Part shown: positions 17,471-26,859 of the stretch, in pieces | Layout of the letters: every line of letters starts with the position of its first letter | How positions within the stretch are numbered: position 1 is the stretch's first letter | NCBI GenBank assembly: GCA_003152695.1 | Contig: PMAT01000031.1 | Location: forward strand, 2,886 to 66,885 | Source of the DNA: Acidobacteriaceae bacterium | Lineage (GTDB): Bacteria > Acidobacteriota > Terriglobia > Terriglobales > Acidobacteriaceae | Direction of reading: 5' to 3' | DNA: 64,000 nucleotides | Made by a program: the position numbers and the translations under genes | The notes under the pieces: generated by a model | The model's input: only the letters and a program-made list of their open reading frames with translations | Databases searched by the model: none | What the model was told of the DNA's origin: nothing

Positions 17471-17616
17471 TTAGCCGCTAGCAATTCGCGTTTCGCCGTT
17501 CCCTATTCGCCAGAGGACCGGCGGAGAAGCGAGATTTGCCAGAGCAGGCCGCCAATCGTGGGTTGCTAAGAGCTAAGTACTGGCGGCTAATTGCTAGCTG
17601 CTAGCTGTGCCAATTG
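17454..17616. repeat. long inverted pair of CTAGCAATTAGC-type word repeats
   Basis: 17454-17487 is caactagcaactagcaattagccgctagcaattc. 17562-17616 contains ggcggctaattgctagctgctagc. The arms are mutually complementary and flank about 75 nt, between the ntrC-like stop and tRNA-Leu. Confidence 0.75.
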
Positions 17617-17623
17617 CTTCTTC

Positions 17624-19012
17624 TCAGCTTGCGGCCTCGCTGGCAACCTGGGCCCCGTATTCCTTCAACTTGTTATGCAGAGTCTTCAGGCTGATGCCGA
17701 GGATGTCGGCAGCGCGCGTCTTATTGTTATTGGTAGCTTCCAGAGTTTTCAAGATGAGCAGGCGCTCGGCTTCGTTCACCGTGGTGCCCACGCCCAGACG
17801 CACGGCATTGGCCTCCTGCACAGGAGCGCGCGGGGCCACATGGCCGAATCCCGGGGGCAAGTGCCGGGGTTCGATCACCGCGCCGTCGCACACGATGACG
17901 GCGCGCTCGAGGGTGTTGCGCAATTCCCGAACATTGCCGGGCCAGGCATGCGCGTGGAAGGCGCTCGCCACCGCATCGCTTATGCCGGCAACGGTGCGAT
18001 TGTGCTTTTCGTTCATATCGGCGAGCAACGAGTGCACCAGGTCGGGCAGATCGTCCTTGTGCTCGCGCAGTGGCGGCAAGTGGATGTTGAAGACGTTCAA
18101 CCGATAATAGAGATCGTTGCGTAAACTGCCGCGCGCCACCGCTTCTTCCGGAGGCTGGTTGGTGGCGGCAAGGACGCGCACGTCAACGGAAGTCTCGCTC
18201 TTGCTGCCCAAGCGACGCAGCTTGCGATCTTCCAGCACCCGCAACAATTTGGCCTGGGTGCCAATCGGCATTTCGCCGATCTCATCGAGCAGCAATGAGC
18301 CGCCCTCCGCCAATTCGAAACAGCCGGTGCGGCGTTCCAGCGCGCCCGTGAAGGCGCCCTTTTCATGCCCGAAAATTTCGCTCTCGATCAACGTCTCGGG
18401 AATGGCGGCGCAGTTGATGGCGACAAATGGTTTGGGCTTGCGGCTGCTGAGCGAGTGGATGGTGCGCGCCACCAGTTCCTTGCCGGTACCGCTCTCGCCC
18501 GTGATGAGCACCGACGCCGTGCTGGGCGCCACCATCTCGATCAAGCGGAACACTTCCTGCATCTTCTTCGAGGGGCCAACCAGCGAGCCCAGTACGCCGA
18601 CGTCCCGCAGTTTGCGGCGGCTGGCTTCCAGTTCGCGCTCGGTGCCCTGAATGCGCGAAGCATTCTGCAGAATGTTGCGCAGCCGGGTGGGATTCACCGG
18701 CTTCTCGATAAAGTCGAAGGCGCCGATCTTCATCGCGTTGACGGCGGCATCCACGCTACCTTGAGCGGTGAGCAGGATGACGGCGACGGATTGCGGTTGG
18801 GCTGCGATTTGCTGCAGCAGCTCCATGCCATCCATGCGCGGCATTTTCAGGTCGGTGACCACGATCTGCGGATTCCACGACCCGACCTTTTCCAGACCTT
18901 CAACCCCGTCCACGGCGGTTGCGGTGTCGTAGCCCCAAGCCCGCAGCAGTTCCGCCATACCTGTGCGCTCGTTTTCCTCGTCCTCAACGATTAAGATTTT
19001 TTCACGCAGCAT
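17624..19012 (-). CDS. sigma-54-dependent response regulator (NtrC/AtoC/ZraR family)
   Basis: Receiver (ILIVEDE...VVTDLKMP...LTA...KP). AAA+ domain ([14 protein letters not shown]). C-terminal HTH (AADILGISLKTLHNKLKE). Start set to ATG 19012. Confidence 0.92.
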   Translation of the reverse strand: MLREKILIVEDEENERTGMAELLRAWGYDTATAVDGVEGLEKVGSWNPQIVVTDLKMPRMDGMELLQQIAAQPQSVAVILLTAQGSVDAAVNAMKIGAFDFIEKPVNPTRLRNILQNASRIQGTERELEASRRKLRDVGVLGSLVGPSKKMQEVFRLIEMVAPSTASVLITGESGTGKELVARTIHSLSSRKPKPFVAINCAAIPETLIESEIFGHEKGAFTGALERRTGCFELAEGGSLLLDEIGEMPIGTQAKLLRVLEDRKLRRLGSKSETSVDVRVLAATNQPPEEAVARGSLRNDLYYRLNVFNIHLPPLREHKDDLPDLVHSLLADMNEKHNRTVAGISDAVASAFHAHAWPGNVRELRNTLERAVIVCDGAVIEPRHLPPGFGHVAPRAPVQEANAVRLGVGTTVNEAERLLILKTLEATNNNKTRAADILGISLKTLHNKLKEYGAQVASEAAS

Positions 19013-19640
19013 GGGGAACAGGGCCTCTTGCAACTCGAGTAACAACTTACAGCCCGGCGATAAAACACGAGCTTAGATGCGAACCAGCGGCTCTGGGTCG
19101 AAATGCGACCAGCCCGGTTCAGCAGGAAGCGGCGCAATCACCACCAACGCCAATAAAGTAACATCTTTCGAGCTACTTTCGCTGGAACCGTGTAGCTTGC
19201 AGAGCGGATTTCAGAACACGGGTTACCAAAACGACTGGGCCAAGACTTGTGGGCCTGTTGCCCAATCCGTACCGGTCTCTGATGACGATTCCCGAATCGG
19301 TACCGAAGGCTACTCTCTGGCGAGTTCGTTTTGCAGGTTAGACCAAAGGCGTCGCCGCCATTCGCGGTGGTTCCGGCCGTTGGAGCCATCGGCAATGCCG
19401 GTTGCTAGGGCGGGAAATGGCAATCCCGGACGCCCCCCGGCCCGGAACGGGCTGGGTTTGGCCGCTGCCAAACCCTATAACGGCGCCGCGAGGCCCGCAT
19501 CGTGTAGCGACCCGAAAACGACTTCGTACCGACTTCCGGAGGCAAGACCGTGCAGTTGCACTGGCGAGGCTGGTGGTTCCGGAGGGTACAAAATCAGTAA
19601 ACATTTTTCCACAATAAAACAGCCGACAACAAGACAGGCT

Positions 19641-19668
19641 TTGTTAATCTTGCTTGTTGCTGTACAAT
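19641..19668 (+). promoter_or_regulatory. candidate sigma-70 promoter
   Basis: TTGTTA-16 nt-TACAAT in the AT-rich last 150 nt of the long intergenic region, about 110 nt upstream of the ompA-like start. Confidence 0.35.
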
Positions 19669-19780
19669 CAGTTGCGGTCGCGAGCAGGATAATTGCCTGC
19701 ACTTGTACTGACACAATTGAAACTGAATTTCATTTAGGCCACTTTGGTTGCCGTACTGCTAGAGTTCCGGAGGATTGCGA

Positions 19781-21466
19781 ATGTCTACTCGTATTGGAGT
19801 AGTTCCGACACGTCTTATTGCTTCATCGATTGCGCTGGCGTTCGCGCTGTGTCTACTGGGCGTCCTTGCTACAGCGCAAACTGATATTCAGCCCAAAGAC
19901 GAAGTCTTTGGCGGTTATTCTTGGTACCACCCTAACGGGCGTGTTGACTTTGGTTACAAAGTCGCAGATATCCCGGTGGGCTTTGACGCCTCGAACGTAT
20001 ATTACCTTCCCGCGTGGCACAATCTGGGCGTCCTGGTCGACGGGAGCGGCCACTTCCATGGCAACGAAGATACCGACGTGGGTTATATTTTGGGAGGATT
20101 GCAGTACAAGTGGCATACCGACACCTTCTCTCCGTTTGTGCGGGGTTTTGTCGGCGCCGCCCGAATATCACCCCCGACTTACATAACGGCGAGTGTGCAG
20201 TCGGGCCGCGATGAGTGGCAGGCCGCAGCCGGCTTCGGTGGCGGCTTCGACCTGAACATAAACCACAGGTTCGCGCTCCGCCTGGCGCAGGTGGATTACA
20301 TTTACAGTAACTATAAACCCAGCGTTTCGTTTTTTGGGTCTCCGCAGTGGAACAGCATTCGCTTGGGAACAGGCCTTGTGGTGAACCTAGGCACCTACTA
20401 CTCCCCGGCGTTGGCTGCAACCTGCTCGGCCCAGCCTAACGAAGTGACGGAAGGCGAGCCGGTTACGGTTACGGCGACGGGCGCCAACTTCAATCCGAAG
20501 CACACCATTACTTATGCCTGGACGACCGACGGCGGCAAGATCGATACGGCGAATGCGCAGTCGGCCCATATTGACACCACCGGCGCATCCGCGGGTTCCC
20601 ACACCGCCAACGCGACACTCACCGATGCCAAGATGAGAAAGATGAACTCGGCGACGTGTAGCGCGGCCTTCACCGTTAAGGCGAAGCCGATGAACCCGCC
20701 GCAGGTGAGCTGCTCGGCCAATCCGACCACGGTACAGGCGGGTACTCCGTCCACCATCAGCGCGAGCGCGACCAGTCCGGATCCCGGCGTGACCATCTCC
20801 AGCTATTCGTACACGGCTTCAACCGGAACGATTAGCGGAAATGGCACAACTGCGACGCTTGACACTGCCGGCGCCTCAGCTGGGCCGATCAATGTCACCG
20901 TCACGGCGACGGATTCGCGCGGGCTGACCGGAAACTGCACCACCACGGTCACGGTTGAGGGTAAGCCTATACCCCCGTCGGTAAGTGCGCGTACGCCGAT
21001 TCAGTTCATACAGCGTCCGAAACAGAAGTACATTCCGTGGCGCGTGGATAACGAAGCCAAGGGCATTCTGGACGACGACGCCTCCGCGTTGAAGAACGAA
21101 CCCAATGCGAAGCTGGTCATCGTCGGGTACGCCGATGGCGAACCGCAGCCGACCATTGGCACTGGCAAGAAGAAACACAAGATGGATCTGGCTGCGCAAC
21201 GTGCGGTAAACGCCAAGGCTTACCTGGTACAGCAACAGGGCATCGACCCCAGCCGTATCGAGGTGCGCCAAGGCACAGGCAAGGACCACGACGCGGATAT
21301 CTTCTGGGTACCGCAGGGCGCGGACACCGCCAGCGCTCCACTACTGCAAGGCACAACGCCAGTTGACGAGTCGGTGGTGACGCCAAGCGAGAACGCCTAT
21401 CCGAAACCGAAGACGGCGGCTCCCATGCACCATCACAAGACGGCAGCGGCGAAGCCGAACCAGTAA
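19781..21466 (+). CDS. OmpA-family outer-membrane protein: N-terminal beta-barrel, two Ig-like repeats, C-terminal OmpA domain
   Basis: ATG 19781 lies 6 nt after GGAGGA. Signal peptide, then alternating aromatic beta-strand pattern. Two ~95-aa Cys-bracketed repeats (CSAQPNEV...CSAAFTV and CSANPTTV...CTTTVTV). OmpA_C motif VIVGYADGE...AAQRAVNAKAYL. Confidence 0.8.
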   Translation: MSTRIGVVPTRLIASSIALAFALCLLGVLATAQTDIQPKDEVFGGYSWYHPNGRVDFGYKVADIPVGFDASNVYYLPAWHNLGVLVDGSGHFHGNEDTDVGYILGGLQYKWHTDTFSPFVRGFVGAARISPPTYITASVQSGRDEWQAAAGFGGGFDLNINHRFALRLAQVDYIYSNYKPSVSFFGSPQWNSIRLGTGLVVNLGTYYSPALAATCSAQPNEVTEGEPVTVTATGANFNPKHTITYAWTTDGGKIDTANAQSAHIDTTGASAGSHTANATLTDAKMRKMNSATCSAAFTVKAKPMNPPQVSCSANPTTVQAGTPSTISASATSPDPGVTISSYSYTASTGTISGNGTTATLDTAGASAGPINVTVTATDSRGLTGNCTTTVTVEGKPIPPSVSARTPIQFIQRPKQKYIPWRVDNEAKGILDDDASALKNEPNAKLVIVGYADGEPQPTIGTGKKKHKMDLAAQRAVNAKAYLVQQQGIDPSRIEVRQGTGKDHDADIFWVPQGADTASAPLLQGTTPVDESVVTPSENAYPKPKTAAPMHHHKTAAAKPNQ

Positions 21467-21729
21467 GTGAGTTTGGCTGGAACTCTAACACCGGTGAGAG
21501 CGCAATGCTTTCACCGGCTTCTTATTTGAGGGACGAAGCTGTTTCTTCCCTTCTGGACCCGTACCGGTCCAGATTTCCGTGGTGCGCCGCTTGCCATGCC
21601 CGCATCAAATGTAGATTAGCCGCAAGTTTTTGCGAGTCGTCACCTGCGGCAAACTGCGGACTTTACCGTCCGGATACTGGTAGCTTTAGCAGCTACACAG
21701 ACCGCTTGCTCCGAGTTATGATCTAACAA

Positions 21730-23856
21730 ATGGCTCTTTCGGTGTCTGTTCTTCTTATGCGTAAAACTGTGTTGTCCCTGGTGAATCTCCTCTTCTGCGT
21801 TGCCCTGCTCTTCAGTATCGGATCCCATGCATCAGAATGGCGCCTGATCGGGCCCGAAGGTGGCGACGTGCGCAGTTTGGCCTACGACCCCGCCGATCCC
21901 AACCACATCCTGCTGGGCACCAGCGCAGGGCAATTGTTTGTCTCGCAGGACGGCGGCAACTCCTGGGCCCTATTCGCGCACCTCGGCGACGGTGATGATT
22001 ATGTTCTGGACCACATCGTCTTCGATCCCACCCACTCGGCCACGATCTACGTCGCAGGATGGAGCCTGTACAACCAGGAGGAAGGCGACGTCTTCCGTTC
22101 CGACGACGGCGGGCGCACCTGGCGCGCGTTGCCGATGGTGCACGGCAAGTCCGTCCGGGCTCTGGCCATGGCGCCCAGCGATCACAACACCCTGGTGATT
22201 GGCGCCCTCGACGGGGTCTTCCGTTCGCCCGACGGCGGCGCCACCTGGACCCGCATTTCGCCCGAGCACCACGCCGAGATCAAGAACATTGAGTCAGTGG
22301 CCATCGATCCGCTGAACCCCGACACCATCTATGCCGGCACTTTCCACCTGCCGTGGAAAACCGACGATGGCGGCCAAAACTGGCACAGTATTCAGCAGGG
22401 AATGCTGCTGGATTCCGACGTTTTCAGCATCATTATTGATCCGAATAGGCCCGCGATGGTTTACGTCAGCGCCTGTTCGGGAATTTACAAGAGTGTGAAT
22501 GCCGGTAATCTCTTTACCCGCATCAAAGGCATACCGCACTCGGCGATCCGCACCCGGGTTTTAAAGCAGGATCCCAAGCGGCCGGGGATCGTGTATGCCG
22601 GGACCACGGGCGGCCTGTGGAAGACCTTTGACGGCGGCAACACATGGGAACTCTACTCGGCACCGGACGTGATCGTTAACGACATACTCATCGATCCGCG
22701 CCAGCCGGATCGCGTTCTGCTGGCGACCGATCGCGGCGGCGTGCTGGCGAGCGACGATGGCTTTGACCATTACGCCGCCTCGAACCGCGGGTTTTCCCAT
22801 CGTGTGATCGGTGGTGTCGTGATTGATCGCAAGGACCCCAACCGGCTGTATGTGGGAGTGGTCAACGATAAGGACCGCGGCGGGTTCTTCCTCTCCGATG
22901 ACGGCGGGCGGAGCTGGCGCCAGTCGAACCGCGGACTGGACGAGCGCGACATTCTGAGCCTGCAACAGGCGGACAGCGGCGTGATCTTCGCCGGCACTAA
23001 TCATGGGATCTTTTCTCTGCCTTCGGTAAACGGAGCATGGCTACCAGCAGCCATGATTCTCGGCAAGCGCCCGCCGGAAAGCGAGCAGGTCGCGGCGCCC
23101 GTGCCTAGTCGCTCCAAGGCCGCCCACTCGACTGCGACGACGAGCTCAAAACGCAAGCTGGCGGCTCACGCCGTGCCCAAGGCTCCGCTTGAGGCCGTGA
23201 TCGCTCCTGCCAAAGCGCCGCGGGTGCGCTCCCTCGAGTTCACCGACAAAGCATGGTATGCCGCCACTGATCAGGGACTCTTCGTGAGCGTCGATCAGGG
23301 GCGCAAGTGGTATGGCGAGCCGGTGGAAGGCGAGAGCGATTTCATCGTGGTGAGCCATTTCGCCGACGGTAGCGTCACGCTGGTCAGCCCTAAGCATATC
23401 TTCCTTTCCAAGGATGAGGGCGCATTCTGGACAGAGATCTCCTATCCTCAGTACGTCACCGGACTGTACAACCTGACGGTTGTTCCCGACGGTTCCCTGT
23501 GGCTGGGAACGCGCGAAGGTGCGCTGCACTCGACCGATGGCGGAAAGACCTGGCAACACCGTCTCGCCGGCCTGCCGCCGCACGATGTGCTTTCCGTGCG
23601 CTATGACGCAGCCGGGCAGCGGCTGCTGGCCACCGCCCTTTTTGTCCATGGTGTTTTCGAGAGCAAAGATGGCGGACAAAGCTGGCAGCGCACCCCCGAT
23701 GCCGGAGTCTCGATTCGCAATGCTCTGAATTACCAGGGCCGCCTGCTGGGCGCCTCTTCTTATAATGGCCTGTTGCTGGAACAAAGCAGTGCTGTGGAGT
23801 CGGCGTCGGACGCGGCACATTCCGGCGAGCGAACTCCCTCTGTGAGCCAGCCATAG
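21730..23856 (+). CDS. secreted BNR/Asp-box repeat protein (double beta-propeller, Sortilin/xyloglucanase-like)
   Basis: At least 9 Asp-box motifs S/TxDxGxxW (SQDGGNSW, SDDGGRTW, SPDGGATW, TDDGGQNW, TFDGGNTW, SDDGGRSW, SVDQGRKW, STDGGKTW, SKDGGQSW). N-terminal signal peptide. The start may be ATG 21757. Confidence 0.85.
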   Translation: MALSVSVLLMRKTVLSLVNLLFCVALLFSIGSHASEWRLIGPEGGDVRSLAYDPADPNHILLGTSAGQLFVSQDGGNSWALFAHLGDGDDYVLDHIVFDPTHSATIYVAGWSLYNQEEGDVFRSDDGGRTWRALPMVHGKSVRALAMAPSDHNTLVIGALDGVFRSPDGGATWTRISPEHHAEIKNIESVAIDPLNPDTIYAGTFHLPWKTDDGGQNWHSIQQGMLLDSDVFSIIIDPNRPAMVYVSACSGIYKSVNAGNLFTRIKGIPHSAIRTRVLKQDPKRPGIVYAGTTGGLWKTFDGGNTWELYSAPDVIVNDILIDPRQPDRVLLATDRGGVLASDDGFDHYAASNRGFSHRVIGGVVIDRKDPNRLYVGVVNDKDRGGFFLSDDGGRSWRQSNRGLDERDILSLQQADSGVIFAGTNHGIFSLPSVNGAWLPAAMILGKRPPESEQVAAPVPSRSKAAHSTATTSSKRKLAAHAVPKAPLEAVIAPAKAPRVRSLEFTDKAWYAATDQGLFVSVDQGRKWYGEPVEGESDFIVVSHFADGSVTLVSPKHIFLSKDEGAFWTEISYPQYVTGLYNLTVVPDGSLWLGTREGALHSTDGGKTWQHRLAGLPPHDVLSVRYDAAGQRLLATALFVHGVFESKDGGQSWQRTPDAGVSIRNALNYQGRLLGASSYNGLLLEQSSAVESASDAAHSGERTPSVSQP

Positions 23857-24098
23857 CGGGATAACAATCTGCCTCTTCGTTCCCTCCCCCCGGACGCTGG
23901 GTCGGCAGCCAAATCTTCTCGTCTTCCTGCCAGGCATCGTCCTTGAAAACAAGGCTACTGGCAGATGAAGACGCCAGGCTTCTCTCCGGCGTGGTAACTA
24001 GGGGACATTTCTATTGCAGGATGACACGGTAGTTGCTAATTGCTCGTCGCTCCGCCCCTTTTCCGCTATGCTGATTAGCAGCCATTGCGATTCTGCCT

Positions 24099-24785
24099 AT
24101 GCGACGCAAACCATTACGCTCCTTCGACCGTAAGTTCGTTCCGCTCTCCACTCGCTTCGACCACGCTCTGCTCTTCACAGCCCAAGTGCATCGCGATCAA
24201 GACCGCAAGAAGAGCGGCATTCCTTACATCTCGCATTTGCTGGGTGTGGCCTCCATCGTGCTCGACTACGGCGGCGACGAGGAGATGGCGATTGCGGCCC
24301 TGCTGCATGACGCGGTCGAAGACCAGGGCGGGCGTCCCATGTTGAAGATCATCGAGCAGATCTTCGGGGCCCGCGTGGCCAAGATCGTGGACGGCTGCAC
24401 CGACTCATACGTTGAAGATCCGAAAAAGAAGGAGAGTTGGGAGCAGCGCAAATTTCGCTACCTGCGCCGGGTACGCCATGAGGATGCCGAAACCCGGTTC
24501 GTGTCCGCGGCCGACAAACTGTACAACGTGCGCGCCGTGCTGCGCGACTTGCGCTACAACGGAGACCTGGCGTTCACGCGCTTTTCCGCTCCCAAGACGA
24601 GAATTATTTGGTATTACCGCTCGCTGGTGAATGAATACTGCGCCGGCGGCGTGACCCACCTGTTGAAGCCGCTGCTCGACGACCTCGATCGCGTGGTGGT
24701 CGAAGTGGAGCACCTGTCGGGGTTCCTGGCGGCTTCGCCCGGGCCACATCGCAAGCTGACCACAAAGCTCAAGGGCAAGCGCTAG
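24099..24785 (+). CDS. HD-domain (RelA/SpoT-type) metal-dependent phosphohydrolase, small alarmone hydrolase-like
   Basis: HRDQDRK..GIPYISHLLGVA...ALLHDAVED motif string is typical of the (p)ppGpp hydrolase HD_4 domain. No synthetase domain. Confidence 0.7.
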   Translation: MRRKPLRSFDRKFVPLSTRFDHALLFTAQVHRDQDRKKSGIPYISHLLGVASIVLDYGGDEEMAIAALLHDAVEDQGGRPMLKIIEQIFGARVAKIVDGCTDSYVEDPKKKESWEQRKFRYLRRVRHEDAETRFVSAADKLYNVRAVLRDLRYNGDLAFTRFSAPKTRIIWYYRSLVNEYCAGGVTHLLKPLLDDLDRVVVEVEHLSGFLAASPGPHRKLTTKLKGKR

Positions 24786-24841
24786 CCGCTGGGGCGCAAG
24801 TCCGCACGTTACAATCGCATGTTCGATGCCTGGAGCTCGAC

Positions 24842-25249
24842 ATGTCTGCAAACGAAGTCGAACACATCACGAAACTGCTTAAATCCGCAAAGGTCATCGC
24901 AGTCGTAGGACTGACCAACACTCCCATCCGGCCAAGCTATGGCGTCTCGCACTACATGCAGTCGCAGGGATACCGCATCATTCCGATCAATCCCAACATC
25001 ACGGAGTGGGAAGGCGAGAAGGCGTACTCCTCGTTGCTCGACGTGCCGCAGAAGATCGATATCGTGAATGTCTTCCGTCGGCCCGACGCGGTACCCGAAG
25101 TGGTGGAGCAGGCCATCCAGATCAAAGCGCCCGCGGTCTGGATGCAGGAAGGTGTGGTGCATCACCAAGCGGCTGAAAAGGCGCGCCAGGCGGGCATCTT
25201 CGTCGTGATGGACAAGTGCATTCTGAAAGAGCACATCAAAAGGCAATGA
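24842..25249 (+). CDS. CoA-binding domain protein (YccU/YneT-like)
   Basis: 135 aa. IAVVGLTNTPIRPSYGV..Y....GYRIIPINP and VDIVNVFRRP are typical of CoA_binding_2. Confidence 0.8.
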   Translation: MSANEVEHITKLLKSAKVIAVVGLTNTPIRPSYGVSHYMQSQGYRIIPINPNITEWEGEKAYSSLLDVPQKIDIVNVFRRPDAVPEVVEQAIQIKAPAVWMQEGVVHHQAAEKARQAGIFVVMDKCILKEHIKRQ

Positions 25250-25353
25250 ACCACAGAGACACAGAGAAGGGTTTTCTTTCCTTTTTTCTGTGTCTCTGTG
25301 GTGAATCGTTTTAAGATTTCTTCTTCTCTGTATCTCTGTGTCTCTGTGGTGAA
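25248..25353. repeat. CACAGAG hairpin repeat (terminator-like)
   Basis: Perfect 14-bp stem ccacagagacacag / ctgtgtctctgtgg followed by tgaatcgtttt, then a third half-copy ctctgtatctctgtgtctctgtggtga. Lies between convergent genes and overlaps the rarA 3' end. Confidence 0.9.
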
Positions 25354-26687
25354 CTGCCCCTTGCCTGCCTGATCTCATCCAGCCGCGCCTTGATCCGCTT
25401 CTCGATTCCCTCGTCGGTAGGGTGGTAATACTTCCGGTCTTTCAAGCCGTCAGGTAGGCACTGCATGTCGGCGACTTTCGACTCCAGGTCGTGTGCGTAC
25501 TGATATCCCTTACCGTAATCCAAGGCCTTCATCAGTCCAGTTGGCGCATTGCGCAGATGCAGCGGAACAGGCTCCTGCGCGGTGCGCTCGACGTCCTCCT
25601 GGACCGCGCCATAAGCCATGTACACCGCGTTGGACTTGGGGGCGGCACACAGATAGACGACCGCCTGAGCCAGCGCAAGATCGCCTTCCGGCATGCCGAG
25701 GAAGTCGAAGGCATCGCGGGCGGCCAGGGTTACGCTAAGCGCATTTGGATCGGCGAGCCCGATGTCCTCAACCGCCATCCGCACCACGCGCCGGGCGACG
25801 TATAGTCGGTCTTCGCCGGCCTCCAGCATGCGCGCCAGCCAATAGAGCGCGGCGTCGGGATCGCTGTTGCGCACGCTCTTGTGCAGCGCGGAGATCAGGT
25901 TGTAATGTTCTTCGCCGCCCTTGTCGTACATCAGCACGCGCTTCTGCAACGCATCGGTGACGATGGCGTCGGTGATGCGGGACCTCGCGCCCTTCTGCTG
26001 CTGCTCGGCCGCCAGCGTGGCGGCCACTTCCAGCACGTTGTAGGCACTGCGCGCGTCTCCGCTGGAGTAGGCCGCAATCTTGCGCAGGATGTCGTCGTCC
26101 GCTTCAAGTTGCGCCTCGCCCAAACCGCGCTCAGCGTCTTCGAGCGCGCGCCGCAGTAAGAGCACAATCTGCTCCTCCGACAACGGTTTCAGCACGTAAA
26201 CTCGGCAGCGGGACAGCAACGCCGAGATCACTTCAAACGATGGGTTCTCGGTAGTCGCGCCGATCAGGCGGATGCTGCCCTTTTCGACGTAAGGAAGAAA
26301 GGCATCCTGCTGCGCTTTGTTGAAGCGGTGTACTTCGTCCACGAAGACGATGGTCCGCGTGCCATACTGGCGCGCCCGTTCCGCATCGGCCATAACCTGC
26401 TTGATTTCCTTAATGCCGGTCAGCACAGCGGAAAATTCGACGAACTCCGCGTGGGTCATGCGCGTGATGATCTTGGCCAGCGTGGTTTTGCCGACGCCGG
26501 GAGGACCCCAGAAGAGCAGCGAGCCGGTGTCATCGCGCTCAATCTGTACCCGCAGCGGCTTACCTGGCGCGAGAATGTGCTCCTGTCCGACAAACTCGTC
26601 CAGGCTGCGCGGACGCATGCGGTCCGCCAGCGGCCGCGTTTTGTCAATGGCTTCGTCAGAGGGCGGATTGTTCTGAAATAGACTCAA
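25311..26687 (-). CDS. rarA: replication-associated recombination protein A (AAA+ ATPase)
   Basis: LRPRSLDEFVGQEH, Walker A GPPGVGKTT, Walker B VFVDEVHRFNK, and the MgsA C-terminal domain (HYNLISALHKSVRNSDPDAALYWLARM). The last ~12 codons lie inside the repeat. Confidence 0.93.
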   Translation of the reverse strand: MSLFQNNPPSDEAIDKTRPLADRMRPRSLDEFVGQEHILAPGKPLRVQIERDDTGSLLFWGPPGVGKTTLAKIITRMTHAEFVEFSAVLTGIKEIKQVMADAERARQYGTRTIVFVDEVHRFNKAQQDAFLPYVEKGSIRLIGATTENPSFEVISALLSRCRVYVLKPLSEEQIVLLLRRALEDAERGLGEAQLEADDDILRKIAAYSSGDARSAYNVLEVAATLAAEQQQKGARSRITDAIVTDALQKRVLMYDKGGEEHYNLISALHKSVRNSDPDAALYWLARMLEAGEDRLYVARRVVRMAVEDIGLADPNALSVTLAARDAFDFLGMPEGDLALAQAVVYLCAAPKSNAVYMAYGAVQEDVERTAQEPVPLHLRNAPTGLMKALDYGKGYQYAHDLESKVADMQCLPDGLKDRKYYHPTDEGIEKRIKARLDEIRQARGSSPQRHRDTEKKKS

Positions 26688-26859
26688 AACCTTGATTCAC
26701 CACGGAGGCACGAACTCCACCGGCCCCAGTTTCCTTTAATTATGCGCCTCAGCCACTCGTTTCATGCCGCGGCTGGTCAGTCAGCCGGATCGGCGATTTG
26801 AATCTGTGTCCACAATCCGCCATAATTCGCGGGTTGAAACCTGCACACAAAGGAAACCC

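Noticed and set aside
19745-19760. Sigma-54-like element TGGTTGccgtaCTGCT upstream of the ompA-like gene
   Set aside because: The GG/GC spacing is right, but a start ~12 nt downstream would fall on or after the GGAGGA Shine-Dalgarno (19769-19774). That would leave no usable leader. The match to the consensus is also weak.
19077-19802. 241-aa ORF filling the long ntrC-ompA intergenic region
   Set aside because: The translation is low-complexity (Arg/Pro/Gly/Ser/Cys-rich), has no start context and runs into the ompA-like start. The region is treated as non-coding (see finding).
24809-25378. 189-aa ORF containing HHRDTE...HHRDTEKRK, and other ORFs with TTEDTE / HHGGHG / LRLRSGQAPARRTRSF peptides
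   Set aside because: These peptides are translations of the intergenic CACGGAG and GCCCTGAG repeats. The ORFs are antisense to, or run between, real genes.
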